Assembly: GCF_009914755.1 (NCBI RefSeq)
Contig: NC_060942.1
Direction: 5' to 3' (one strand)
Source of the DNA: the human T2T-CHM13v2.0 reference genome, Homo sapiens
Length of the DNA stretch: 64,000 nt
Below are positions 34,430-49,494 of this stretch, in pieces; position 1 is the stretch's first letter, and each line of letters opens with the position of its first letter. The position numbers were made by a program, and so were the translations under genes. Under the pieces are notes generated by a model. It searched no databases. It was not told where the DNA came from and saw nothing but the letters and a program-made list of their open reading frames with translations.

Positions 34430-34632
34430 AGGGATCCTCAGCCTTGACACTACTGCCATTCTGCGTTGGGTAATGCTTTCTTGTGGGGTCTGTAGTGTGC
34501 ATTGTAGAATGTTTAGCAACATCTCTGGCCTCTACCCACTAGATGTCAGTAGCAACCTCTTTCCCACTTCTGGCAATAACAATAAAATCTCCACGTATTG
34601 TCAAATGTCCCCTGGGGGGCAAAATCACAGTG
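34430..34632 (+). mobile_element. MER20 hAT-Charlie relic
   Basis: gtgcattgtagaatgtttagcaacatctctggcctctacccactagatg...caaatgtcccctggggggcaaaatcac. Confidence 0.85.
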
Positions 34633-35094
34633 AAGAGCACAGGTCAGATTTTTAACCTGATAGCAATAGGAAGCCATTTAATATTTTTAAGCAAAAGAAG
34701 CAATGAGATTTGCTTTTCCAGTGAATACAGCAGTGTGCAGGGGTGAGTAGGGAGGCAAAAAGACCCAGTCAGACTACTGGCATAGTGTGGGTGAAGACGA
34801 CACACATGTGAACCAAGACAGCAGCCATGGAGAAAGAGAAGAGCATATACATGCAAATTACAATGGCAGTTAGGTACAACTTCAGGGTCCAGTAAGATAG
34901 AATTTGAGAGAAAGGGAGAAAAGTTACAGAACTGGCTTGGCAATTTAGGTGACTGTGGTGAGGGCCATTACCTAGGATAGGGGATTTAAAAGGAAGAGTA
35001 GGTTTGAAAACGAGTTCAGTTTTAAACATAATGAAAGTCTGAAGTAAGCATGAGATACCCAGGTGGTGAACCTAGTGGGGTTGGTGCTCAGCCA

Positions 35095-35345
35095 GCTAAT
35101 GCTTACTCAGGGCAAATTATGTGCGAGGCCGTTACAAATGTCAACGCACTTCATCCTCACCATAATCCTTTGAGATAGCAGCTGCTGCCGCTCCCGTCTT
35201 ACAGATGGGAAACTGCTGCATAGAGAAGGTAAAGAACATCATCACCAAGATTCCATAGGTAGTAAAGTTCTGGAGCTGAGATCTCAAACCCTGGCAGTCT
35301 GGCTTCAGAGGCTATGTGCTTATCCTCTACATTGTACTGTCTGCC
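35095..35345 (-). mobile_element. MIR
   Basis: catcctcac...ttacagatgggaaaactg...ggagctgagatctcaaaccctggcagtctggcttcagag. Confidence 0.7.
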
Positions 35346-35393
35346 AGTACAGTGAAGGAGAAAGATCTAGATTATGAATTTAGATTTGGGTGG

Positions 35394-36107
<714 letters not shown>

Positions 36108-37011
36108 GGTGATTTTCAGTATACAAATGACAGTAGATAAAGTCATAGACATATATGTGATCTCCCAGAGAAAATGTGTAAAGACAGAAGAAAACAAGAC
36201 AGAATGAGATACTAGAGAAAACTACCTGTTAATCAAAGGGTGAAGGAGAAGCCAGAGGAAACAGCCAGTGGAGGGACATGAGAGACAATAAGGGACAGTC
36301 TTAAGGGCTGGAAGTAAATGGTATCTTTCTAATCTAAAGCAATGCCTTGCATATAATCTACTCTTTATAAATGTCTTGAAATTCAATAACCTCATAATCC
36401 CAAATAAAGAACGCAGCAAATATGCACACTTATGGCATATCCAAAAGACTTACAAAGTTGAGCAAAACTCAAATTAGATCTGTGATTCTCCTAGAACACC
36501 AAGAGTCTGTAGAAGGCACATGGTCATTAAGTATGAGCAACAGCCTAGGTACTGTAAGGAATCATTCCTTACATTTATGTCCAGCTAAGGAGGCTTTTCA
36601 AAGATTTATCCACATCCTTTCATAGCAATGTAACATGTTATCTGTTTTGCATTTTGTTGAAGATCATGTGAAATACTGACTCTTCTAAGTTTTGCAACTG
36701 ACAAATATAAAATTGTGTAGTCTCTTTCTAAAAGAGGATTTAGGAATCATGTATATGAAAACTGCTTACTTCTCACTTGAAGTGGTTACTAGAGCATCTG
36801 GTGAATTCTGAGTTGTACTGCTGTAATAACCCTTCTGGGTATCTAAACAGTTTTTGTCATGCATCCCTTATCATACTTTACATTTCTATACCCTAAACAC
36901 AAATATTTAGTAGGAAATGAGTTTCCTCAAAGTACAAAAAAGCTGGCCCCCATTTCCAGCTCAAGACAAATATTTTCTCAGGAAATACATAATGATTTCC
37001 AGGCCAAAACT

Positions 37012-37230
37012 CAAAAGTGTTTTCTAAACTTTAATGTGGATACAAATCATCTGGGGATCTTGTTAGAAAGAAGACTCTGATCCAGTAGGTCAAAAGCCAC
37101 ACCTACACTCCGCACTTCCAACAAGCTCCCTCCTGCATGACACGATGCTCTGGTCCGCACCGGCTACTCAAATGTGGTCCTTGAACAAGAAAAGTGCTGG
37201 CAGCATGTGGGAGCTGGGTAGAACTACACT
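37012..37230. mobile_element. MER5A/B-like hAT fragments
   Basis: ttctaaactttaatgtg...aatcatctggggatcttgtta...ctgatccagtaggtc; gctactcaaatgtggtcc. Confidence 0.55.
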
Positions 37231-37797
37231 TCCCTCAGTGCGACAAACAGACCATGATACTATCATCTGCTCAAACAGGTGACTCAAGAAATTTACCTTA
37301 AATTCTTTTCTTCAAAATCCACTTAAAAACTCATTCAATCACACTTTCTTTTTTGTTGTTATTAAGAAAAGACCTTCTTTTCTCTCCATTCCTTTCGATT
37401 ATTCTAAACTGTGAGTCCAACCCTTAAGCCCCTCCACAGTAATAGCCCCAGCTGTTTCTTTCAGGCCTCTCACCTGTGATCCCCATAGAGGTCCACAGCA
37501 TGCCAGTTCCATGAAACTGGTTATTTTCTACATATAAATCATGCTCTCTCACCATAGTCCCTCTCTTGTTTTGCTTTGGTTTGTTGTAGTTGATGATTGC
37601 TGTATCAGGCCAGTTTCTCTTATCTATCATGTCATCTTTCTGTAGCCACCCTGCTTAATCTTTCAATGAGAAGCCTTCTTGCCATTCTTGGAACCAGCCA
37701 TTCACCCCCTCCATAGCAATTTTTCTTTCATTGTAATATTAAGATATAATAATATATATTTCATATAACATTCTGCTGTATAAAAGATCCTTGTATC

Positions 37798-37830
<33 letters not shown>
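37798..37830. repeat. (TA)n(CA)n microsatellite
   Basis: Run of about 12 TA followed by short CA. Confidence 0.9.
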
Positions 37831-38770
37831 GATGGGTCCTGGTCTTATTCCTGCTACTGAATTGCAAGCTGCTTGAGGTCAGGAAACTTTATTATTTATT
37901 TTGATACTTCTTGCATTGCTTAACATAGTTCGTTATTCATATTATGCTAACTAACAATCTATTAAAATGAAGTAAAGCACTACTCATTATTGATGATAAA
38001 CAATCTAAATGCTCTCAAATCACAAATCTAAACTATGTTTCTTATTTCTTCAAATATGATTGGTTTATTTTCTACTTTTGCCATCACAGATTAAAACTTG
38101 GACACAGTGTTTTTATATGCATTTTTCCCAACTAGAAAATTGTTTGCATCTCAAAAACATTTAATCGTGCTAAATGTATTTTATCAGAACTTAAATTATC
38201 AACCAGCTAATTTGGCATTTTCATATCAAACAAGCTAAATGTTCATTTATCATTTGAGAAAAGTTAATTGTGTAATGAAATCTTCATGAAACCATTATAA
38301 AACTGCACATAAACAGAAAAACAGCCTACAAAGCAGCACAGAAATCATTAACTCTGTTATGGTGAAATAAAGCATGGTGACAAAGGTTAACTCCTGGAAA
38401 CTAAAGGCTCTTCAGAATACCTGAAAAACTCCAAGGTAGGAGGAGACTGCTATGTTTATTTTAAATCGTGAAGTTCACATTATTCCAATGTCAGTCAACT
38501 AGATGATCTCTCAAGTACAAACCCAAAAAACAATCTAATAGAATGTATTAAGACCAGACATAAATTAAATAGTGAGTCAATGCAAAATATCCTGTACTAA
38601 ATTCTGAAGATAAACAGACAACTTAATTTTGAGTAAGTTAAAAATGAGCCCAGGTCAATCAATGGCTAACCAATGAAGAGAATGTGAGATCAGCATTTAA
38701 AAGTGATACGGAGTTGTTATCACCACCAATGACTGCTAAACAAAACTGAATGGTCAAAACCACATGCCCA

Positions 38771-38889
38771 GACTGAGGCAGGAGGATCCCTTGAGCCCAG
38801 GAGTTTGAGCTTTCAGTGAGCTGTGGTTGCTCCACTGCACTCCAGCCTGGTTGACAGAGTGAAACCCTGTCTTTAAAAAAACAAGAAAA
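38771..38889 (+). mobile_element. Alu right-arm fragment (AluJ-like)
   Basis: gaggcaggaggatcccttgagcccaggag...aaccctgtctt plus A-rich tail. Confidence 0.85.
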
Positions 38890-39221
<332 letters not shown>

Positions 39222-39356
39222 TTAAAGGAAACAATATGACTTCACTGGGGTTCTATTTGAGACCTACTTGGACAACACTGAACATCCTACAGGAAGTCAA
39301 AAAAGTACCCCCATATGCTAAAAAGCCCTGCAATGATATTCACTTATGACTGGTTA

Positions 39357-40117
<761 letters not shown>

Positions 40118-40503
40118 CGGGTGAACTGCTATAAAAATTCTCTAAAACGCACACAGATAAATCCTTAAAAGTGTAGTGTGATGCTCTATAAAATGCGCAT
40201 CAAATACATTCATATTTAATTTGCATTACTAAGAAATATACCTGCTCCTCTAAAAAACTAACATTACACTTAAAATTACATTTTATAAAAAGATTGAATG
40301 TAAATACAATTAACTTTGATCAAAAAGTTAGGTTAGAAAACAAAATGGAACGAGCTATTTTCAACCAAACAAGAAGGTGATAAAAATTAAGTAGGAAAAT
40401 TTGATAGTCCTCACAGGTAACATTTAAAAAGGAACCACCATAGTATCCATCTTAATAGCTCAGCCAGAGGCAAATCAGTATTTCTTTTAAAGTTCATATT
40501 TAC

Positions 40504-40598
40504 CTGATGATCCTCTGGGCAGCATACTGATGGAGAGAACGAAACTGTGCCGACATATTTGCTAAAGCTGCCAAACAATTTGTGTGAAGGTACTTGTC
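40504..40598 (-). CDS. DYM: Dymeclin coding exon (95 bp, phase 0-2; probably exon 13)
   Basis: tttcctcacag|GAC...ATC AG|gtaaat; encodes [31 protein letters not shown](S), in frame after the 41875-41988 exon. Not in the ORF track. Confidence 0.95.
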
Positions 40599-40711
40599 CT
40601 GTGAGGAAACAGCGGGTGTAAAACATACAATCAAGTCTTCTCTATATTTTAACCAAGGTTAACTATTAATAGAAGCAAATGTAAACTCAGTTGTCACTGA
40701 TTTTAGAAAGT

Positions 40712-41010
40712 TCAGATCCACTATCTCTTTTTTCTAATTCCTAAATCCATAAAGCACTGAAAATTCAAAGTTTTTTCCACAACACAAAAAATGATGATGT
40801 TCCTGACAGTCTTCATTATTCCCTCCATGGTGAATATTGAAATATTTTGCTACAGAAATATAACGTTTAATTACAGCATGCTACTTAAGGCCCTAATGGT
40901 TACACATAGTAGAGTATATAAACTATAATTATCTTTCTAAAATCCAAAAACTTCTGCTTTCTAAAACATAGCTGGCTCCTAGGGTTTCAGATAAAAAACA
41001 TGAATGTGTA
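40712..41010 (-). mobile_element. MER46C-like Tigger relic
   Basis: gatccactatc...aaatccataaagcactgaaaa ... ctttctaaaatccaaaaa...ctggctcctagggtttcagataa matches the reverse of recalled MER46C. Confidence 0.6.
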
Positions 41011-41047
41011 TCTGCAATAGCCCCACGGAGGAAAATAACTGAAAATG

Positions 41048-41366
41048 GGCTGGGAGTAGGGGCTCACGCCTGTAATCCCAACACTTTGGGAGGCCAAAGT
41101 GGGAGGATCACTTCAGGACAAGAGTTCAAAACCAATTCAAGACCAGCCTGGGCAACATAGCGAGACTTTGGCTATTTAAAAAAAAAAAAAAAATTAGTCA
41201 GGTGTAGTGGCACATGCCTGTGGTCCTAGCTGCTCAGGAGACTGAGGCAAGAGGATCACTTAAGCCCAGGGGTTGGAGGTTACAGTGAGCTATGATTGTG
41301 CCACTGCACTCCTGTGCAGCCTAGGCTGAAGGGCAGTGGCACAATCGTAGCTCAAAAAAAAAAAAA
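41048..41366 (+). mobile_element. AluJ-like element with a rearranged (fold-back) 3' end
   Basis: Alu body with a small duplication (ttcaaaaccaattcaagacc); an inverted copy replaces the normal terminal segment. Confidence 0.9.
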
Positions 41367-41874
41367 TGCCATTTCTCTTAGCTATGAATTCTGTACACTG
41401 CTTCTCTTTAATAATATATTTCTATTAACCAGAACTGAAATTTGCTCCCAGGTACTGTGAAGAGAATCCAGCAGAAATTTTTCTTTTACTCTTTAAAATA
41501 TTCTCTCTTCTACCTTTCTTTTTCATTTTAATTCATATTTTCTTGTGCTCATATCCTCTTGTACTTTGTTATTTGCTGCTATTAAAAAAGGCAAATCAGT
41601 GTTACTGGCCAAATAAAGACATACAATAGCTTTTATCTAAATGTTTTGCATTGCTTGTTTTCTATTTCATGTAAAATATCTCCAATCATACAAGCCATTA
41701 AATATTAAGACCTTATGTTACATTAGGATCATGTAATACAGTGACTATACAGTGACCGGTATTTTCTACCATATGTCACGAGAATTTTAGCATCCTAAAA
41801 ATTGGGATTGCTTTAAACTATCGTCTTAATTGTACTGTATGCAAAAAAGATAGAATAGCAGCTGGAATACTTAC

Positions 41875-41988
41875 TCGTGTCCTAGTCATGTTGTATTGAA
41901 TGGTTCTTATTACCACCAGGATCAGGAGACTCCCCAAGGAGATTTCAGTTAAAACTCGTTCTGAATACCAAGTAATATTTTTTAGTAT
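41875..41988 (-). CDS. DYM: Dymeclin coding exon (114 bp, phase 0-0; probably exon 12)
   Basis: ttcttccccattacag|ATA...CGA|gtaagt; encodes [38 protein letters not shown] (inside track ORF 41818..42141). Confidence 0.96.
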
Positions 41989-42275
41989 CTGTAATGGGGA
42001 AGAAAAGTTTAAGTAAAAAATGATTGCTTTACAGACAAAAGAATTACTCCATGTCCACAATTTTTGATAAACGATGACTTTGCTCTGAAGGTGAGTTAAG
42101 CAGCACAGACAGAGGCCACGCAAATGAGTCCAGATCTTCAAGGAGAGATGCTCCAGTGCTCTGCCATGGCTGTGGAGAGTAGGCAGCTCTGGCGCACACC
42201 TCCGGGCCTAAGTAAGCAAGAACTGTTTTCTAAGTTAAGACATTTCCACTGTAGATTTGTAACCTAGGGATCATA

Positions 42276-42276
<1 letters not shown>

Positions 42277-42312
<36 letters not shown>

Positions 42313-42314
42313 AG

Positions 42315-42374
<60 letters not shown>
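42277..42374. repeat. Compound microsatellite (AC)16(AG)3(AC)7(AG)23
   Basis: Counted directly. Confidence 0.97.
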
Positions 42375-42378
<4 letters not shown>

Positions 42379-42734
42379 GCAGGCAGGCCGGCAGACAGGT
42401 GCGAATACTGGGCAGCATAGCAGCCAAATCTGGGCTGCCCCAAAGAAAGAGGTAAAATGGGGGAAAAAACAAAAAAAAAAAACAAACCAACAGGCTCAGC
42501 CGAGCACTAGAACTCCCTAATGTTCTCTTTCGTTAAGGTTACTCCTGCAACCTTTCTCCGTGACTCAAGGAGAGTCACTGTGCCACATTATTCTCTACCT
42601 ATGCATGAAAAAGGAAGAGACTGCTGGGCTGATTCTTGCCCTCTCTCTTAAGAAGAGGCACACATCCACAGAGTACAGCAGACTCCCCACCACTCACAAA
42701 TGCAGAGGGGGGAACCCACCACCTTGCAAAACAA

Positions 42735-43380
42735 GTTAGTTAGACTTGTGTTTATAACTACAGATGAATAACAAAACCACCAAGTGAAGACATTCAACCT
42801 AAGAAAGTGATAATGCTGAACCAAATCAAGACTCTCTTCTAATTACCAGTGCACATGAAATACAGAGGACAGAACACGTTAAATACCGTGATGATACATA
42901 ATCAGCTAAAGACAAATTCGGGGAATCCTACTAAACAGATAACCCAGTTTCTTCAACAAATAAGGGGTAAAATAAGCTGGGATAGGGAGAGAGTGCTATA
43001 GATTTGTGAGTCTTAAGAACTAAATGCAGTAGACGTTGGAATCTGATTCAAACAAATCAACTCTAGAAGATATTTTAAAGATAACTGGAAATAATAAATT
43101 GTTAGGAAGAATTTAAACATTATTGTTGATTTTATTGAATGTACTAATGGTATGATATATTTTTTAAAGTCCATACTTACTGAAAGAACACACTAAAATG
43201 TTTACACATGAAATTATACGGAAGATTTGTTTTAAAAAATAGAAATCAAAACGTAAAAGGTGCTGAGGGTAAAGTGGGTAGATGAAATAAGAACAGCACA
43301 GTGTTAATAACGACTACATGAAGATCCATGCTACTATTTTCTCCAATTATGTTTAAGTTTCATAGTGTTCATAATAAAAA
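42735..43380 (+). mobile_element. L1MC4/5-like 3' fragment
   Basis: gaaatacagaggacagaacacgttaaat...ataacccagtttcttcaacaaataa; same family as 5510-7090. Confidence 0.6.
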
Positions 43381-43419
43381 CTTTATAAAGTAAATAAATA
43401 AATAATAAACTGTGAAACT

Positions 43420-44600
43420 GAACAGGGAGAGCAAACAGACCTCTAATTAAAGAGAGAGGATTTAGGAAGCTGGAATTTTTTAAAAAAATTCTGATTAGTA
43501 TATCTAGTGAGATTTGACAGAATATTGCATCCATAAAATAAGAAGAGACTGCTATGAAAAGGGAAAATCACAGAACAAAAGCAAAGTCGCTTAAGATTAT
43601 AAAAGTATCATGGCAGCTGGGCACAGTGGCTGATGTCTGTATTCCCAGCACTTTGGGAGTCCAAGGCCAGGAGTTCAAGACCAGCCTGGCCCAATGATGA
43701 CTCTCTAAGAATACAAAAAATTAGCCGGGTGTAGTAGTGTACGCCTATATAGTCCCAGCTACTCTGGAGGCAGAGGCATGAGAATCGCTTGAAGCCAGGA
43801 GGCGAAGGTTGTAGTGAAACGAGATGTTGCCACTGCACTCCAGCCTGGGCGTAGCAGAGTGAGCACTATGGAAAATTAAATTTGTGATGTGAAGGACCAA
43901 ACTGAGAAGTTCTCCACAGAAACTATAAGAGAAAAGTGCAGACGTCATAGCCACTTAAAAATTCCAGAAGAAATAAACTAGAAGAAAAACAGAACAATTA
44001 GTAATATGAGAAAATTTCTTTGAGAGGAAAAGAAAAACATTCAACATTCCAAGAAAAAAATCATGAAAAACAATCAAAACATTCTCGCAAGATTAATGAA
44101 TTTGCAGTATATGAGAAAGTTCCATTGGCTTCCAGACAGAAGAACATGTTACCACCAACGGAAAAAGAAGCAGACTAATGTTAGAGTTCCCATCTTGAAC
44201 ACTACACATCTGAAGGACAGCAGAACAATGTCTCAAGATTTTTGAGGGAAGGCATTATGATTCTAGAATTCTGCATCTTGAGAAACTACCACATAAGCAT
44301 GATGCAAAATAAACTCAGCATGAACCACCCATGTACCATCTCCGGGAGAAAAAAAAAAAACAAAACACCACAACACATGTAAGTATTTAGCTGCCCCTCC
44401 TCAACACAGTAACAGCAGGACAAATCCAGAAGAATTCAAGAGAAGGAGAATATGGAATACAAACAACAACAAACACAACAGTCATCCATGAAATCAGGAA
44501 AACAGAATTAAATCTAAATAATATACTAAAAGAGGATTAAAATAGATCATTCTCTAGCAAGTCTAACAACAGCAAAAAAATTCCAAACAATATTAGGAAT
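43420..44600 (+). mobile_element. HAL1-like (half-L1) fragment, interrupted by an Alu
   Basis: gaatattgcatccataaaataagaagagactgctatgaaaaggg...cagaacaaaa resembles recalled HAL1. Confidence 0.5.
43615..43862 (+). mobile_element. Alu with internal deletions and no clear tail
   Basis: Alu motifs with missing left-arm segments. Confidence 0.85.
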
Positions 44601-44838
44601 GAGAAGGGAGTACAGAAACAGATTAAAAGAATAAAAACACAAAGGAATACCACACTCAATTTCATGTCAATATGTTTGAAAGTACAAGTATATACAGGTG
44701 GCTTCCGTACACATATTTTCACTCGTTTAACTCTCTGGCCCCACATCACCCAGCATCCCCCATTACAAATAAGCCCACCCTGACTGCATTCTCCACTCAG
44801 AGGCTGGCATATAACAAATACTCACTACATGGTGGTTA

Positions 44839-45143
<305 letters not shown>

Positions 45144-45480
45144 TTCCATAAGTTATATATGATAGAGTATTATACAGTAACATTATATAATATCAACTCT
45201 TTTAAAAAAATTAAATATGTTTGGGAAAGTACAAAAAACAATTGACATCTATATGCCCACAATTCACATTACCAACTGTTAATATTTTTTAATATATATA
45301 TCTCACTTTATTCCCCCATGGAGGAACAAACACTATCTTGAGTTTAGTGTGTATACTCTAGACCATTTCAATTACTTTATCTGCATATATACATATATGT
45401 ACCTACATATATATGTAAAAAACCAAAAACCAGCATTCCTTTGTGTGTTTTCTAGTACACATAAATAGTACCATACATAA

Positions 45481-45992
45481 TGTATTAGAATGAATGGTTT
45501 CCCCCCAAATCTATGTCATTCAAAACTTGTGAATGTGACCTTACATGGATAGAGGGTCTTTGAAATATAATCAAGATGAGACTGCATTAGATTAATGTGG
45601 ACTCTAGGTCAGTATGACTGCTGGTGACTGTAAGATGAGGAAGACAGACACAGAGACAGACACCTCCTGAGAGAAGGATGTGATGACAGTAGCAGAGACT
45701 GGAGTGATGTAGATAGATGGCAAGCCAAGGGACACCAAGTATTGCCTGCGACCACCAGAAGCTAGGATGACACAAGAAAGGGTCTTCCCCTAGAGCCTTC
45801 AGAGAGAGCATGGCCCCGCTGACACCTTGACTTTGGACTTTCAGGCTACAGAAGACAATAAATTTCTATTGTTAGGAGTCACCTAGCTGTGGTACTCAGA
45901 CAACTCTAGAAGACACTAAGTATCTTTCATTTATATCAGCAGTACTCAGTAACTGTGGTGGTCAGTTACAGTAGCTCTAAGAAACTAACACA
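45481..45992 (+). mobile_element. MaLR solo LTR, MLT1C-like
   Basis: gcaagccaagg...accaccagaagctagg...tagagccttcagagagagcatggcccc...gaaactaacaca. Confidence 0.82.
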
Positions 45993-46549
45993 CATCTGGT
46001 TTGTTCGCATCTTACTTTTTTCACTCAGCATGTTTCTGTAACCCTCCTATATTGATACATATAAGAAGAATATTCACCAGGTATGCCTGTCTGATAGTAC
46101 TAGTTCTTTTTTTAAAATGGAATACTCAATACTAGTTAGTAAATAGCTTTTGTTGTAAGCCACTCCCCCAGGTAATATACAGCAGAGAACAAAGAACTGT
46201 GGTCCACATCCATTCTTACTGGCTGGTGTTGGTGCCATACATACTACTTAAGTCATTTGAATGTCACCTCTATATCCAAGTCTACTTCATTCCTTGTAAC
46301 CACTCTAGAGTACTATATTAGCAGGCTACATTTTAAAAAAATCCATTCCTCTATTAATGGAAATTTAGGCTATTTACAGTTGTTTTCCTATTTAAAACAA
46401 TGTTACAATTCAGATCACTATCCTAAATCTCACTACATGAAAGTCAGAAAAAAAGAAAGAATTCCTGACTCTCCATATTCTTACTATCCAGACTTTTACC
46501 TCAGTTCAGGAATCACACAGATTTTGAAAACAAAAATACCTGCACATGA

Positions 46550-46907
<358 letters not shown>

Positions 46908-46937
46908 TGAATATCTTCTTTTAAAAATAAATGTATA

Positions 46938-47233
46938 GGCTGGGCGTGGTGGCTCATGCCTGTAATCCCAGCACTTTGGGAGGCTGAGGTGGGTGGATCA
47001 CGAGGTCAGGAGTTCAAGACCAGCCTGGCCAAGATGGTGAAACCCTGTCTCTACTAAAAATAAAAAAAACTAACCAGGCTTGGTGGCAGGCACTTGTAAT
47101 CCCAGCTACTCCAGAGGCAGAGGCAGAGAATTGCTTGAACCTGGGAGGTGGAGGTTGCACCAAGCCAAGATCGTGCCACTGCACTCCAGCGTGGGCAACA
47201 GAGTGAGATTCTGTCTCAAAAAAGAAAAAAAAA
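46938..47233 (+). mobile_element. Alu (AluSg4/Sg7-like)
   Basis: cacgaggtcaggagttc...ggccaagatgg...gaggcagagaattgc diagnostics. Confidence 0.93.
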
Positions 47234-47274
47234 GTAGTTACTATTAACTGTGTTAACACACTAAAAAGCACAGA

Positions 47275-47450
47275 GCAGCAGTGTCCAACACAGTGGCACT
47301 AGCCACAAGTGGATATTTAAATTAAAATTTAATAAAAGTAAAATAGATTCCTCAGCCATACTAGCTACATTTCAGGTGTGAGCATACTTACAGTGCAGTC
47401 ATAGAAGACTTCTATGAGGATAGAAAGTTTGATTGATTAGCCTGGTATAG
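47275..47450. mobile_element. MER33/MER3-like hAT relic
   Basis: gtgtccaac...cactagccacaagtgg...atttaaattaaa...tcagccatactagctacatttcaggtg. Confidence 0.6.
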
Positions 47451-47454
47451 AGAC

Positions 47455-48160
47455 CACCACTGTATCCATCACCTAGATTTATTAAATGTTAGTATTCTTG
47501 CTTCTAAAGTACCTGAAGCCTCCTCATTGTTCTACACTGATAACCTGCCTCCCCAGAGGCAGCCACTATCCTGAAATTGGATGGGCGTTGTTTTTTTTTT
47601 TTTTTGAGTTTTATTATCAATACACGTAGCTCTACGCATTCATTCTAGCTGCTTTACAATATTTCATTTATGTAATCTGCTCTCCCATTAATGGAGCTGT
47701 ATTCAATTTCTGAATACAACTAACAATGCTACAGTGAAAATTCTTTCAAATATGTTCTCATGAGAACATATTTGAAGAAGTTCTCCCTAAAACGTAAACC
47801 CTGAAATGGAACTTCTGAGAGGTGGAGTATTTATTTCTGTATACAATTTGAGGAATTTGAGAGGACAAATTCCTCTCTAAAGTGGTTCTACCAATTTATA
47901 CTCCCACTACCAGCATATGAGAGTCCTTTTTCTCTATATCCTCACCAATTCTTTTTTCTTTCATCAACCCCATAGTAATAAAAACATCACCAACTCTTGA
48001 TATATCAGATTTTGTCACTTTTGCTACTCTGATAGGCACAGAATATTTCAGTTGCTTTAATTGGCATGATCCTGATGAAGCATCGGGTTGAACGATGATT
48101 ACTGTTCCGGGTCTCTATTCTGTTTTTCTATTACTTTGCCCATTTTTCTATCGAATACTT
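47455..48160 (-). mobile_element. Old L1ME-type fragment
   Basis: aaagtggttctaccaatttatactcccactaccagcatatgagagt...atcctcacca (reverse L1 3' region). Confidence 0.65.
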
Positions 48161-48984
48161 TGTGTTACGTATAAGCACATCTACATCTGACAAGAAGAGG
48201 GCTAGGAAAGAGAAAGAAATATCAAAAGGAATAAATGTGTCACATCTCTAGACATGGTAATAGGTAGAAATTGTGAAATCACAATTTTAAAGTTTTGCCT
48301 TAGAAGAGTAGTACATTGAACAAATAGACTAGAGCCCAAACTTAATATCCTCAAAGTCTACCATACCTCTATAATCTGGAGAACAGAATAAAAGCACATG
48401 ACTTACCTGGCAAGTTAAAACTAGGAGCTATACTACAAAAGTGACTGTGTCTTAAAATTCATTTAACCGTTACCACAGGTATGAGAGGTGGTTCATGCTC
48501 ATTAAATGCTTACCAAATTAGTAATACCAAATATACTAGTCTCAAGCCTATGTGGGAGTGGACAAAGTATATACAGTCCTTTAAACAATCTCACTAAACA
48601 ATATATGTGCTATAAATCGCAGGCTGTCCCATGGTAACATGTGGTAAAAAAAATGCTTCTATGAGCCCAAGCCCACAGTCATAGGTGTACTGGGGTCAAT
48701 GATGGATGATAAAGGAGAAAACCCGAGAGCAGGCTCAAGAAGTACATGTGTGACTGAATCCTGCCTTACCTGGCAGCAGCCCCTTGGAAAAATTGACAAA
48801 ATCCTGAAAATTCTGATGAAAATCCCCAAATCTAGAGAGAGAAACAAGTTTGGTAGGTTTATTTATTTGTTTCTTCTTCTGACTAAATAGTGGAAGGAGG
48901 TGTGGGAGAGAAAATGAGAACCTTCAGACAGTTTCAAATATGAGAAGGTGAATAAAATATGCCACAGAAATATTCTGTGAAGAA

Positions 48985-49355
<371 letters not shown>

Positions 49356-49494
49356 TCAGGGATACAGAAACTAAACTATGGTAAAAGGGCTGATGGTAGA
49401 CAACACATCCAATAAAACCAGTATTAGGCAATTTTGGCAATTTGAGTTACAAAACAGAATGGAAATGTTATAAGTTTTGAATAATCTAAAAAAA

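Noticed and set aside
41818-42141. 107-aa ORF as a stand-alone gene
   Set aside because: Only 41875-41988 is coding (DYM exon); the rest is intron read-through.
42230-42490. ORFs with SLSL/CVCV runs
   Set aside because: Translation of the (TC)/(TG) microsatellite.
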